Assembly (NCBI GenBank): GCA_963727505.1
Contig: CAVSGP010000001.1
Location: 1 to 57,959 of the forward strand
Origin: an uncultured Trueperaceae bacterium
Lineage (GTDB): Bacteria; Deinococcota; Deinococci; Deinococcales; Trueperaceae
Reading direction: 5' to 3'
Length of the DNA: 57,959 nt
Shown: in pieces, positions 27,224 to 36,690 of the stretch
How positions within the stretch are numbered: position 1 is the stretch's first letter
Layout of the letters: each line of letters opens with the position of its first letter
Made by a program: the position numbers and the translations under genes
Notes under the pieces: model-generated
Databases searched by the model: none
Seen by the model: only the letters and a program-made list of their open reading frames with translations
What the model was told of the DNA's origin: nothing

Positions 27224-27463
27224 TTAGTAGTGCTGAGCGCGCCCACTCACCGGCGCCGCGTTGGTCACGGAGACGTTGGCGGCCTGCAGACCCTTATTCC
27301 CCTGCTCGACGTCGAAGTCGACTTCGTCACCTTCGTTGAGGTTCCGGAAGCCTTCGCCCTGGATCGCCGAGAAGTGGACGAACACGTCGGGTCCGCCGTC
27401 GCCCTGCTCGATGAAGCCGTAGCCCTTTTCAGCGCTGAACCACTTGACTCTTCCACTTGCCAT
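27224..27463 (-). CDS. csp: Cold-shock protein
   Basis: [15 protein letters not shown] (RNP1) and DVFVHFSAI (RNP2); AT-richer upstream leader. Confidence 0.97.
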   Translation of the reverse strand: MASGRVKWFSAEKGYGFIEQGDGGPDVFVHFSAIQGEGFRNLNEGDEVDFDVEQGNKGLQAANVSVTNAAPVSGRAQHY

Positions 27464-27664
27464 GTTTCCTACCTTCACTTACTGCCTCGTCTCTTCGAGG
27501 CTCTACAGATTTTCGGGCGTACGCCCGAGTTACGAAAATTCCTTGCAGAGTTTTCGGAACGGTTCAGTCTACGCGATGAACTTCCGGGGCGCAAGTATTT
27601 CTCAACAGCCGCCCGGCGGCGAGAAGGGCCAACGGGCAAGCATTCTCTGGCGATGCCGGGGCGC

Positions 27665-28633
27665 TCAGCCGCGCCGCTCGCCGGCGCCGTCCTCCGGCAG
27701 GTCCCAGCCCTCTGGCAACGCTCGGCGCGCGTCCTGGAGCGTGACTTGTGCTGTCGTGCCGCCGGCGGCACGCGTCGACAGCGAGCCGCAGGCCGTGGCG
27801 AGCGTGAGGCACGCTTCCAGCCGCCAGCCCCGAGTCCAGCCGTAGAGGAAGCCGGCGTCGAAGGAGTCGCCGGCGCCGGTGGTGTCCACCACCTCCACGG
27901 CGAGCGCGCCGCGGCGCGCCGCCTCGGGGCCGCGTCGGGCCTCCCCGCCGTCCGCCCCGCGCTTGACCGCCACCGTGCCTACGCGGTCTGCAAGCGCTGC
28001 CAGCGCCGCCGGGAGGTCGGGCAGGCCGCTGAGCTTCAAGGCTTCGGTCTCGTTGGGCAGGAGCACGTCGACCCACGGCAGCAGCTGCTCGAGCCCTCCG
28101 TCCCAGGCGCCGCTAGGGTCGAAGTTGGTGTCGAGCGAGGTGGACAGGCCGCGCGCCCGCGCCCGCTCGAACAGCGCCGGCGTGTCGGGCCGCAGCGCGT
28201 CGAGTAGGAAATAGCTGCCCAGGTGGAGGTGCGCGCTGGCTTCCAGCAGGGCGTCGGGCACGTCCGACGCCCGCAGCGCCGGGATGGCGCCCGGGAAGGT
28301 CAGGATGGCCCGGTCCGAGGGGCGAGACAGGATGACACTGACGCCGGTGCGCAGCGCGGGATCGATGCGGCAGGCGCCCACGTCGACGCCGCGCCGCGCC
28401 ATGGCGCCCAACATGAAGCGCCCGAAGGGATCGTCGCCGACCACGCCGACGAAGGCGGTGCGCAGCCCCAGGCGGGCGGCCCCGCAGGCCATGATCGCCG
28501 CCGACGAGCCGATCTCCAGATCCGCGTCGTCGACCAGCTTCTCGGCCTGCCCGAAGGCCGGCGCGAGGTCGTCGCCGCGCAGGATGAGGTCGGGGTTGAT
28601 CTCGCCGACGACCAGCAGGTCGAAGCGGCTCAC
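27665..28633 (-). CDS. PfkB family carbohydrate kinase
   Basis: GVVGDDPFG, PNETE, VDTTGAGDSF. Confidence 0.93.
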   Translation of the reverse strand: MSRFDLLVVGEINPDLILRGDDLAPAFGQAEKLVDDADLEIGSSAAIMACGAARLGLRTAFVGVVGDDPFGRFMLGAMARRGVDVGACRIDPALRTGVSVILSRPSDRAILTFPGAIPALRASDVPDALLEASAHLHLGSYFLLDALRPDTPALFERARARGLSTSLDTNFDPSGAWDGGLEQLLPWVDVLLPNETEALKLSGLPDLPAALAALADRVGTVAVKRGADGGEARRGPEAARRGALAVEVVDTTGAGDSFDAGFLYGWTRGWRLEACLTLATACGSLSTRAAGGTTAQVTLQDARRALPEGWDLPEDGAGERRG

Positions 28634-28718
28634 GTCAGCCCCCCGCGGGGGCCCCGGCTGGGGCCCCGGGAGGGGGCGCGGCGGCGGGCGGAAGCCCGGC
28701 CGCCGCGCGTGCTGGCGG

Positions 28719-29996
28719 TCACTCGTGCAGCGTCACGCCGCCGGCGGTCTTGCCGGTCATGAACGAGGCGATGCTGTCGGCCGCCTGTTGCGGCGACTGC
28801 ATGCCGAGCAGGGCGCGCTGCACGGCCACGATGGTGGTCTGGACGAGCTCGTCGTACCACTCCACCTGCGGGAGCGGCCGCGCCTTGGCCGACTGCGCGC
28901 CGAACTGCTGCCAGTACGGGTACTTCTGCAGCAGCGCCGGGTCGGTGTAGAGCGCCGTGAACAGCGGCAGGCTACCGAGCTTCTCGGCCCGCTCGCGGTC
29001 GCGCTCGGGCGAGATCATGTAGTGGATGTACTGCCATGCGGCGTCCTTGTTCTTCGACGACTTGGGGATGGCGAAGGCTTCGGGCAGCGTCAGCGTGGCC
29101 TGCGACGCGCCGGATTCGGCGGGCAGCCACTCGGCCGCCTGCACTTCACCGACCACCTTCGAGCGCTGCGGATCGTTGGCGTAGTTCTGGGTCACCGGCG
29201 GGCCCTGGAAGAAGAATGCGGCGTTGCCGGCGTAGAGCAGATCGGCGGCGGCCTCCTGCGACAGCGTGATGCTGGACGGGTTGGCGATCTTCTCGGTCTT
29301 GAGCATGTCGACCATGAAGGTGAGCGCCTTGACCGCCTGCGGCTTGTTGATGGTGATGGTTCCGTCGGCCGCGAAGTAGTCGGTGCCGAAGCTGTAGAGG
29401 TAGAAGGCGAACGAGTTGGCGAGCGCCCACTCCTGGTTCCAGTACTCGGTCACCGGGTACTCGACGATGCCCTGGTCTTTGAGGGCCTTGCTGTCGGTGA
29501 GGACCTCATCCCAGGTCTTGGGCGGCTGGTTGATGCCCGCCTTGTCGAGCATGGCCTTGTTGTAGAAGAAGAAGCGGGTGTCGTTGTTCCAGGGGATGCC
29601 GAGGACCTGGCCGTTCTTGGTGAAGGTGGCGAGCAGCCCGGGGAGGATGGAGTCGAGGTAGGCCTGATCGGCGTAGCTTCCCAGCGGCTCGACCCAGTCG
29701 GCCGACGCGAACTTGGCGACCCAGCCGTTGTCGAACTCGATCACGTCGTACGTGCCGCCGCCGGCGGCGAGGTCGGTGAGGACCTTGTTGGCGACCTCGT
29801 CCCATGACATCTGGATGAACTCGACGCTGATGCCGCTCTCCTGTTCGAACTGGCGGGTCTGTGCTTCCCACAGGCCCACGAGGTCCATCTCGTGGCGCGG
29901 CATGATGACGGTGATCTTCTGCGCCAGCGCGGGACCGGCCAACAGAAGCGCGGCGGCCAGCGCGGCGATGAGGCGCCTTACGGTGTGTGGCAACAT
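28719..29996 (-). CDS. Sugar ABC transporter substrate-binding protein
   Basis: Signal peptide, YDVIEFD, GIPWNND, PPKTWDE; AGGAGG RBS. Confidence 0.93.
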   Translation of the reverse strand: MLPHTVRRLIAALAAALLLAGPALAQKITVIMPRHEMDLVGLWEAQTRQFEQESGISVEFIQMSWDEVANKVLTDLAAGGGTYDVIEFDNGWVAKFASADWVEPLGSYADQAYLDSILPGLLATFTKNGQVLGIPWNNDTRFFFYNKAMLDKAGINQPPKTWDEVLTDSKALKDQGIVEYPVTEYWNQEWALANSFAFYLYSFGTDYFAADGTITINKPQAVKALTFMVDMLKTEKIANPSSITLSQEAAADLLYAGNAAFFFQGPPVTQNYANDPQRSKVVGEVQAAEWLPAESGASQATLTLPEAFAIPKSSKNKDAAWQYIHYMISPERDRERAEKLGSLPLFTALYTDPALLQKYPYWQQFGAQSAKARPLPQVEWYDELVQTTIVAVQRALLGMQSPQQAADSIASFMTGKTAGGVTLHE

Positions 29997-30122
29997 GGGT
30001 TCACCCTCCTAAAGGTGTCAGAGATGTTTCGTTTCTCGCTCTTGAACGTTCGTCTGGTCCTGGTGAGCCTTCCTCCCTTCTCCGCGTTGCCCGTGAAGGC
30101 CGCCCGGGCGCGCGCGCTACCG

Positions 30123-31031
30123 TTATCCCTTCACGGCTCCTGCCGTGAGGCCCTGGATGATGTAGCGCTGGAAGAACAGCGCCAGCAGTACGGGGGGCAG
30201 CGAGGTGAGCACCCCCGCCGTGGCCATGGCGCCGTAGTCGACGCCGACCTTGCTGGAGAACTCGGCGACGATGACGCTGAGGGTCTTGGAGTGCAGCGTG
30301 GAGCTCAGGATGAAGGCGGTGAAGAACTCGTTCCACGCGATGATGAAGGCGAACATGCCGCCGGCGGCCAGCCCCGAGCTCGACAGCGGCAGCACCACCC
30401 GGAACAGCGCGCTGGCGCGGGTGCAGCCGTCGATGCGGGCGGCGTCCTCGAGGCTGGTGGGGATGCCGTCGAAGTAGCCCTTCAGGATCCAGGTGATGAG
30501 CGGCAGGATGATGGCGATGTCGGCCAGCATCAGCGCGAACACCGTGTCGAGCAGACCGATGCTGCGGAACACCACGTACATGGGGATGATGATGACCACG
30601 GTGGGCAGCAGCTGGGTCGCCAGCATGGTGGCGAGGAAGGCGCCCTTGAGACGGAAGCGCAGCCGGCTCACCGCGTACGCCGACAGCGAGCCGGCCACCA
30701 GCGACACCAGCGTGGCGAGCCCCGCCACGATCAAGCTGTTCAGGGCGCCGGCGCGCACGCTGCGGTGGACGCTGGTGCTCGAGCCGCCCCCCACGAAGAT
30801 GTCGACGTAGTTCGACAGGTCGAGGTGGTCGGGCAGCCACTGCAGCGGCTTGGAGGTGAGCGCCGCGCGCGTCGAGACGCTGGAGATGACGAGCCACGCG
30901 AACGGCGCCAGCACCCACAGCACCACGGCCAGGACGGCGAGGTAGAGCAGGACGCGGCCCAGCAGTTGCCGCCGTCGGCGCCGGGAGCGGCCGCCGGCGG
31001 CGCTGTTGGCGCGAACCGAGCGGGCGCTCAT
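30123..31031 (-). CDS. Carbohydrate ABC transporter permease (MalG-like)
   Basis: LEDAARIDG (EAA-like), WNEF, YIIQGLTAGAVKG. Confidence 0.93.
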   Translation of the reverse strand: MSARSVRANSAAGGRSRRRRRQLLGRVLLYLAVLAVVLWVLAPFAWLVISSVSTRAALTSKPLQWLPDHLDLSNYVDIFVGGGSSTSVHRSVRAGALNSLIVAGLATLVSLVAGSLSAYAVSRLRFRLKGAFLATMLATQLLPTVVIIIPMYVVFRSIGLLDTVFALMLADIAIILPLITWILKGYFDGIPTSLEDAARIDGCTRASALFRVVLPLSSSGLAAGGMFAFIIAWNEFFTAFILSSTLHSKTLSVIVAEFSSKVGVDYGAMATAGVLTSLPPVLLALFFQRYIIQGLTAGAVKG

Positions 31032-31963
31032 TCGGCCGTCTCCCGGGGCGAGATCAAGCGCACGTAGAAGAACGCGATGATCAGTGACAGCACCACGAGG
31101 ATGAACGCCATCGCGGCGCCGTAGCCGAACTTCAGGAACTTGAAGGTCGTCAGGTAGGTGTAGAAGGTGGCGACGTTGGTGGCGTTGGCGGGGCCGCCGC
31201 CGGTCATGACGTAGATGAGGTCGAACTCCTTGAGCGCCCACACCGTCTTGACCACCATCGTCACCGCGATCACCGCCCGAAGGCTGGGGAAGGTCACGGC
31301 CCAGAACTGCCGCCAGGCGTTGGCGCCGTCGACCCGGGCCGCCTCGTACTGCTCCTGCGGGATGGTCTGCAGAGCGGCCAGCAGCAGGATGACGGCGACC
31401 GGCGTCTCCTTCCAGATGTTGGCCACGATCACCAGGTGGAAGGCGGAGACCGGGTAGCCCAACCAGATGTGGTAGTGGTCGATCAGCCCGACCTGCTGCA
31501 GCAGCGCGTTGAGCGCGCCGTAGTTGGCGTTGAGGATCCACTTCCACATCACGCCGTTGACGATGTAGGGCATCGCCCAGGGAAGGATGATGAGGCCGCG
31601 CACGAAGCCGCGCCCCCAGAAGCGCTGGTTGAGCAGCAGCGCGATGAGCAGCCCCAGCGTGGTCTCCGCCGGCACCGTGATCAGCGCGAAGTAGAAGGTG
31701 CGGCCCAGCGAGGCCCGGAACTCCGGGTCCTGCAGCGCCCGCAGGTAGTTGGCGAGACCGATGAAGGCGCCGCTGTCCGGTTGCGACAGCACGCGGTCGG
31801 TGAGACTCATGCGCAGCGTGTCGAGGATGGGGTAGAGCAGCACCCCGAACACCAGCACCAGGGTGGGCACCAGCAGCAGCGTTGCCAGGAAGCCGGGCCG
31901 GTCGAGCCAGGTCGACCACCCGGGCAGGGCGAAGCGCGCGCGACCGGGGCCGGGCGCCCTCAT
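31028..31963 (-). CDS. Carbohydrate ABC transporter permease (MalF-like)
   Basis: YEAARVDGA, FDLIYVMTGGGP. Confidence 0.93.
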   Translation of the reverse strand: MRAPGPGRARFALPGWSTWLDRPGFLATLLLVPTLVLVFGVLLYPILDTLRMSLTDRVLSQPDSGAFIGLANYLRALQDPEFRASLGRTFYFALITVPAETTLGLLIALLLNQRFWGRGFVRGLIILPWAMPYIVNGVMWKWILNANYGALNALLQQVGLIDHYHIWLGYPVSAFHLVIVANIWKETPVAVILLLAALQTIPQEQYEAARVDGANAWRQFWAVTFPSLRAVIAVTMVVKTVWALKEFDLIYVMTGGGPANATNVATFYTYLTTFKFLKFGYGAAMAFILVVLSLIIAFFYVRLISPRETAE

Positions 31964-32940
31964 GACAGCCGCTCCACGCGCACGCTGCGCGCCAGCTCGC
32001 GGACCGCCGCGCCGTCGACGGTGCCGCCGCCGCCGCGGCGGGCGTTGTCGGCGCCGGCGGCCACCCCCAGCGCCAGGGCGCGCTCGGCGGGCTCCCCAGC
32101 CTCCTCGGCCCACAGGAAAGCGCCCAGCAGGCAGTCGCCCGAGCCGATGGGGTTGGTGACGTCGACGTGTGGTGCGTGGGCGTGCCGGTGCTCATCGGCC
32201 ACCAGCAGGGCGCCCTCGTCTCCTAGCGTGGCGAGCACGCGGGCGCCGTAGCGACGGCGCAGCTCCACGGCCGTGGCCAGCGGGTCCTCCGGCGACGCGA
32301 GCCCCAGCAGGCGCGCGAGTTCCTCCAGCTCGCGCCGGTTGGGTTTGACCAGCTCGGCGCCGGCCTCCAGGGCGGCGAGCAGCGCGGGCCCGTGGGCGTC
32401 GACCACGATCCCGCCTGGGCGCTGTGCCAGCAGCGCGGCGAAGACCCCGGCCGGCGTGCCCGGAGGCAGGCTGCCCGACACCGCCAGCCGGCCGTCCGGG
32501 AGGTCGGCCAGCAGGGCGCGCCAGGCGGCCTCGCCGACCTCGGGGCCCGCCTCGTTGAGCTCGGTGGGGTGCGCGCTTCCGTCCACCACGATGGTGCACG
32601 CACGGGTCTCGCCGTTCACGTCGGTGAGCGCGCCACTCAACCCCTCGGTCTCGAGCAGGGCGCGGAACTTGCGGCCGTTGAAGCCCGCCAGCGGCCCGGC
32701 CACCACGACGGCGGCGCGCGCGGGATCGGCGCCGTCGGACGCGTGGCCGGGTCCGGCGAGCGCGGCAACGGCGCGCGCGAGGTTGACGCCCTTGCCGCCG
32801 GCGGCTTCGCGCACGTGGGCGACGCGGTGAAGCGTTCCGGGCTCGAGTGCGCGCCCCAGCGTGAGGGTACGGTCGAGCGCCGGGTTGGGCGTCAGCGCAA
32901 CGATGGGCCGTGCCGTGCGTGGATCGGTGGGTCGCGTCAT
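31960..32940 (-). CDS. 1-phosphofructokinase/tagatose-6-phosphate kinase family (LacC/FruK)
   Basis: TPNPALD, GGKGVN, SGSLPPG, KPNRRE, NPIGSGD. Confidence 0.9.
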   Translation of the reverse strand: MTRPTDPRTARPIVALTPNPALDRTLTLGRALEPGTLHRVAHVREAAGGKGVNLARAVAALAGPGHASDGADPARAAVVVAGPLAGFNGRKFRALLETEGLSGALTDVNGETRACTIVVDGSAHPTELNEAGPEVGEAAWRALLADLPDGRLAVSGSLPPGTPAGVFAALLAQRPGGIVVDAHGPALLAALEAGAELVKPNRRELEELARLLGLASPEDPLATAVELRRRYGARVLATLGDEGALLVADEHRHAHAPHVDVTNPIGSGDCLLGAFLWAEEAGEPAERALALGVAAGADNARRGGGGTVDGAAVRELARSVRVERLS

Positions 32941-32986
32941 GGTTCGCCTCGAGGGTGCTCCTGGTGGCGCGGCCGTGCCCGGGCGG

Positions 32987-34027
32987 TCAGATCCGCTCGA
33001 GCTCGATGGAGAAGCGCAGGTTGCGGGGGTGATCGGGGTCGAGGCCCTTTGCCACACCGCGGTGGTGGGCCAGGAGCTGCAGCGGCGGCAGGTAGAGCGG
33101 CAGGCGCGCCTCGCTCGGCAGGCCGCTGCCGATGGCCAGCACGGTGGCGCCGGGCACGGCGTCGGCGTCGAGCGCTTCGTCGCAGACCACCAGCACGCGG
33201 GCGCCGAGGCGCACCATCTCGCGCAGTACCTCCGTCTCGGCGCCGGTCGGGTCGTCGCCCAGCAGGCCGACGACGAGGGCGTTCTCGTCCACCATGCTCT
33301 GCGGACCGTGGCGGAACTCGAGGGTCTGGAACGCTTCGGACTCGGTGAGCGAGGTCTCCTTGAGCTTCAGCGCGCCCTCCATGGCCAGGCCCCAGCGGTC
33401 GCCGGTGCCGAGGACGTAGATGCGCTCGGGGGCCATCGCGAGAGGCGCCACCGTCTCCTCGGCGCGCGCGATCCATTCCGGCGCCAGCGCCGGCAGGCGC
33501 CGCAGCGCCGAACGGGCCGGGTCGTCGCGGCCCGCCAGCGCGGCCAGCGCCAGCACGGTCAGGAACTGCGCGCTGAACGAGCGCGTCTGCACGGTGGACT
33601 CCTCGGCGGCGCCGGGGATGATCAGGGCGTAGTCCGAGGCGTCGGCGATCGGCGTCTGTGCCGCGGTGGTGATGCCGACCGCCAGGGCGCCGCCGGCGCG
33701 AAGGGCGGTGAGCGCCCGCAGCGTCTCGGTGGTGGTGCCGGAGCGGGAGATGCCGAAGACCAGGCCGCCGCGCGCGACGGGGTAGAGCTCCGGGTGCAGC
33801 AGGGCTTCGGAGGACGGCACCGCGGTCGCGCTGCGCCCGCGCCGGACCCATGCGCCGCGCGCGGCGACGCCCAGGTAGTACGACGATCCGGCGCCGAGCA
33901 GCAGCGTTTCGGGGGTCGCGCCGGCCAGGGCGTCGCTCAGCTCGGGCCCGGCGGCGTCGACGGCGGCGATCGCGGCGGACCAGGCGTCGCCCTGGGAACG
34001 GATCTCGCGGAGCATGTGACTCGTCAT
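32987..34027 (-). CDS. SIS-domain sugar-phosphate isomerase/deaminase (AgaS/GlmD-like)
   Basis: GAGSS, ISRSGTTTET, QTRSF, EGALKLKE, EFRHGP, DHPRNL. Confidence 0.9.
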   Translation of the reverse strand: MTSHMLREIRSQGDAWSAAIAAVDAAGPELSDALAGATPETLLLGAGSSYYLGVAARGAWVRRGRSATAVPSSEALLHPELYPVARGGLVFGISRSGTTTETLRALTALRAGGALAVGITTAAQTPIADASDYALIIPGAAEESTVQTRSFSAQFLTVLALAALAGRDDPARSALRRLPALAPEWIARAEETVAPLAMAPERIYVLGTGDRWGLAMEGALKLKETSLTESEAFQTLEFRHGPQSMVDENALVVGLLGDDPTGAETEVLREMVRLGARVLVVCDEALDADAVPGATVLAIGSGLPSEARLPLYLPPLQLLAHHRGVAKGLDPDHPRNLRFSIELERI

Positions 34028-34839
34028 GATGGGCTTTCCCTTCGCGGTTCCAAGGGTGGGAGCCTGCTCGCCAGGAGCACCGGCAGGCCCGCGTCCTCGA
34101 GGGCCTCGCGCTCGCGCACCGGCAGGTCCTCGTCGGCGATCAGGCCGTCGACGCCGCCCAGCGGCGCGAAGCGAGCCAGGGTGCGGCGGCCCACCTTGGA
34201 ATGGTCCGCCACCACGAAGGTGCGTTCGCTGATCGCCTTGAACTGCCGTGCCATGGCGGCCTCGGGGTGGTCGCGCATGGAGAAGCCGAAGTCGCTGGTG
34301 ATGCCGGAGCTGCCCACGAAGCACAGGTCGAGGTGGTACTCCTGCAGGGAGTACGACGCCATCTCACCCACCAGCTCGTAGGAGTAGGCGTTGAGGGCGC
34401 CGCCGGTGACGATCACTTTGGTACGACCGTGGTTGTACAGCTCGGTCGCCACGTTGATGGCGTTGGTGACCACGGTGATGGGCGAACCGCGCAACCAGCG
34501 CGCCAGCTCGGTGCAGGTGGTCCCGCCCGACAGGCCCACCACCATGTCGGCCTCGACCATCATGGCCGCCTGCGCGGCGATCTGGCGCTTGGCCTCGGCG
34601 TGGTCGTCGGCGGCCCGCGAGAAATCCTCGAGGTAGCGGATAGGGGAACGCACGCGCGCCCCTCCCCAGGTGCGGTCCACCAGCCCCCGGCGTTCGAGCG
34701 AGGCCAGGTCGCGGCGCACGGTGGCGAGCGAGATGCCGAGCCGATCCGCCAGGTCCGCTGCGCTCACCTGGCCTTGTTGCATCACCAGGCGGTGCAGCGT
34801 CTTCTGCCGGTTGCGGCTGTTCGGGCGCCTCTCGCTCAT
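34024..34839 (-). CDS. DeoR/GlpR (AgaR-like) transcriptional regulator
   Basis: SLATVRRDL..LE, RTWGGA, GGTT, VVTNA, ADHSK. Confidence 0.93.
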   Translation of the reverse strand: MSERRPNSRNRQKTLHRLVMQQGQVSAADLADRLGISLATVRRDLASLERRGLVDRTWGGARVRSPIRYLEDFSRAADDHAEAKRQIAAQAAMMVEADMVVGLSGGTTCTELARWLRGSPITVVTNAINVATELYNHGRTKVIVTGGALNAYSYELVGEMASYSLQEYHLDLCFVGSSGITSDFGFSMRDHPEAAMARQFKAISERTFVVADHSKVGRRTLARFAPLGGVDGLIADEDLPVREREALEDAGLPVLLASRLPPLEPRRESPS

Positions 34840-34957
34840 GAGTCCACCCTGAGTGTAGACGCTGGTTGCAGCGACCGCCATGAAGCAATGCGTGGTTCTG
34901 GCGATATCGCTCACATGCCGGACGGAAACCCGACCGTGGGCGCCGCGCGGTGCGCAG

Positions 34958-35032
34958 CTACGCCAGCGACACCCGGCGCAGGAGCATGGCGTTGACCGCC
35001 ACGATGACGGTGGAGAGGCTCATCAGCAGCGC
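34958..35032 (-). pseudogene. C-terminal remnant of a P1B-type (CopB-like) heavy-metal ATPase
   Basis: ALLMSLSTVIVAVNAMLLRRVSLA* matches the last TM (MSxST...N) of Cu P-type ATPases; the rest of the gene is absent. Confidence 0.7.
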
Positions 35033-35037
35033 GCGGG

Positions 35038-35976
35038 TCACTCCATCTCCCGGATGAACGCCCCATGCCAGGTGTGCGGCCAGATCTGGCCGGTGGTGGC
35101 GTTGACGCTCAGCATCCCCTCGGGCGCGCCGTTCGATCCGTAATCGAAGGTGTAGTACCCGGGGAAGGCCTGCGCACCCAGCACGGCGGCACCCGGCATG
35201 TAGCCGGCCAGGAAGGCGTTGGCGCGGTCCTTGGCGGCCGCTTCGTCGATCGCCGGTTGATGGGTGCCGTTCGGCGTGCCGGCGTTCGGACCCGGGGTGT
35301 CCGGGCGCGGGGTGTTCGGGCGCGGGGTGTTCGGGCGCGGGGTGTTCGGGCGCATGGCTCCGCCCGGGCCCATACCGGGGCCGTAGCCGCGCGTCCAATC
35401 AGGGCCGCCCATTCCGTATCCGTCCATTCTGTGGCTGCCCATCCCCCAGCTGCCCATCCCCCAGCGCGTGTTCCACATCATGTTCGGGCCCGGCTCGGGC
35501 GACACCGTGCCGGTGTAGCGGTCGAGCAGGATCTCGCCGACCGCGGAGCCGCTGGCGTCGAGTACCTGGGCGTAGACGTTGTTGGTGAACACCATGATGT
35601 CGTGGAGGCTCGCCCCGGCGGTGACGCTGTCGGCGGCGCGCTGGAGGGCGCTGCGAACGGCGGCGTCGCCGAGCGGCATGGCGGTCGAAGGCAGGACTTG
35701 CATCATGCCGTAGCCGCCCATGCCGGATCCGTCCATGCCGTATCCGCCCATCCCGGATCCGCCCATCGCGCCGGGACCGTGGCCGGGCATCCTGCCGAAG
35801 TCGCCGTCCCGGTCCATCCAGCCGGGTCCGCCGCCCTGCTGCATCATGCCGGGGCCGTGCCCGTACCAGCCGGCGGCAGGCGCGCCACGCAGGGCTCCCT
35901 GGGCCAGAGCGACGCCGACGAGGGCGACCGTCACGGCCAGTGCGATGGCGAAGATCCCACGGTGGTCGCGCCTCAC
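35038..35976 (-). CDS. Secreted Gly/Met-rich protein with PepSY-like domains
   Basis: Signal peptide, GMGGYGM repeats, PEPGPNMMWNT, FPGYYTFD, LSVNATTGQIWPHTWHG. Confidence 0.8.
   Translation of the reverse strand: MRRDHRGIFAIALAVTVALVGVALAQGALRGAPAAGWYGHGPGMMQQGGGPGWMDRDGDFGRMPGHGPGAMGGSGMGGYGMDGSGMGGYGMMQVLPSTAMPLGDAAVRSALQRAADSVTAGASLHDIMVFTNNVYAQVLDASGSAVGEILLDRYTGTVSPEPGPNMMWNTRWGMGSWGMGSHRMDGYGMGGPDWTRGYGPGMGPGGAMRPNTPRPNTPRPNTPRPDTPGPNAGTPNGTHQPAIDEAAAKDRANAFLAGYMPGAAVLGAQAFPGYYTFDYGSNGAPEGMLSVNATTGQIWPHTWHGAFIREME
35293..35352 (-). repeat. 15-bp tandem repeat x4 (NTPRP)
   Basis: CGGGGTGTTCGGGCG units. Confidence 0.9.
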
Positions 35977-36272
35977 GTTCCGACCTCCCGGGGTTCGGTT
36001 CGTGCCAGGTCCGCGCGGCGCTGCTCGAACTCGTCACGGTCGATCTCGCCGCGGGCGTAGCGCTCGCGCAGGATACGCAGCGCGCTGTCGTCGCCGCCTG
36101 CCACGCGATCGCGCGACGGTGCGTGTTCGTGGGGGTGGCGCGGGCGGCCGAGGTCCAGCGCCCGCACCAGGTAGGCGATCGCCAGCACCAGCAGCACGAT
36201 GAAGAGCAGCCAGCCGATCCATCCGAGGCCGCCCAGCCCGAATCCGTTCATGCCGTAGCCGTATCCCATCAT
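35973..36272 (-). CDS. SHOCT domain membrane protein
   Basis: MMGYGYG...TM...ALRILRERYARGEIDRDEFEQRR. Confidence 0.88.
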   Translation of the reverse strand: MMGYGYGMNGFGLGGLGWIGWLLFIVLLVLAIAYLVRALDLGRPRHPHEHAPSRDRVAGGDDSALRILRERYARGEIDRDEFEQRRADLARTEPREVGT

Positions 36273-36654
36273 CGAGGTTCTTCCTTTCCCGTGGCCCGTC
36301 CCGGAGGACGCGGGCTCGAGCATCACCGTGTCGAGGTGAAAGGTTCCAGCTGCTCTCATCGTAGAGGGGGTATGTTCAGCTTCGATAAAGGGGGCCGTGG
36401 CCTTGTGCCGGCCTGTCGCGCGGGAGCATGCGAGGGGGGTCCGCGGGACCCCGGGGCGCGATGTACAGCCTGACTTTCGGGCCTCGCGCCGCCCGGAGGG
36501 ACCAGCAGGGACCCCGACGGGTGATGCGCGTTCCACACGCGCAGCCGGTTGGGGGTTCAACGCGGGAAGGCGACCCGACTCGGCCACGTTCAACCGGCCT
36601 TTACGTTGGCCCCCGAGGCTTCGGAACCCCCCCTACCGCCCCCTCCGAGAACCT

Positions 36655-36685
36655 CCCGCTGCGAAGCCCCGCTGCGAAGCCCCGC
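36655..36685 (+). repeat. 13-bp tandem repeat, about 2.4 copies, intergenic
   Basis: CCCGCTGCGAAGC units. Confidence 0.75.
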
Positions 36686-36690
36686 CCCCG

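Noticed and set aside
30123..32195. 690-aa fused ORF (likewise 23473-25392, 39304-40947, 19980-21665)
   Set aside because: Upstream extensions are read-through in non-coding frames of neighbouring genes or intergenic DNA; the true starts are internal.
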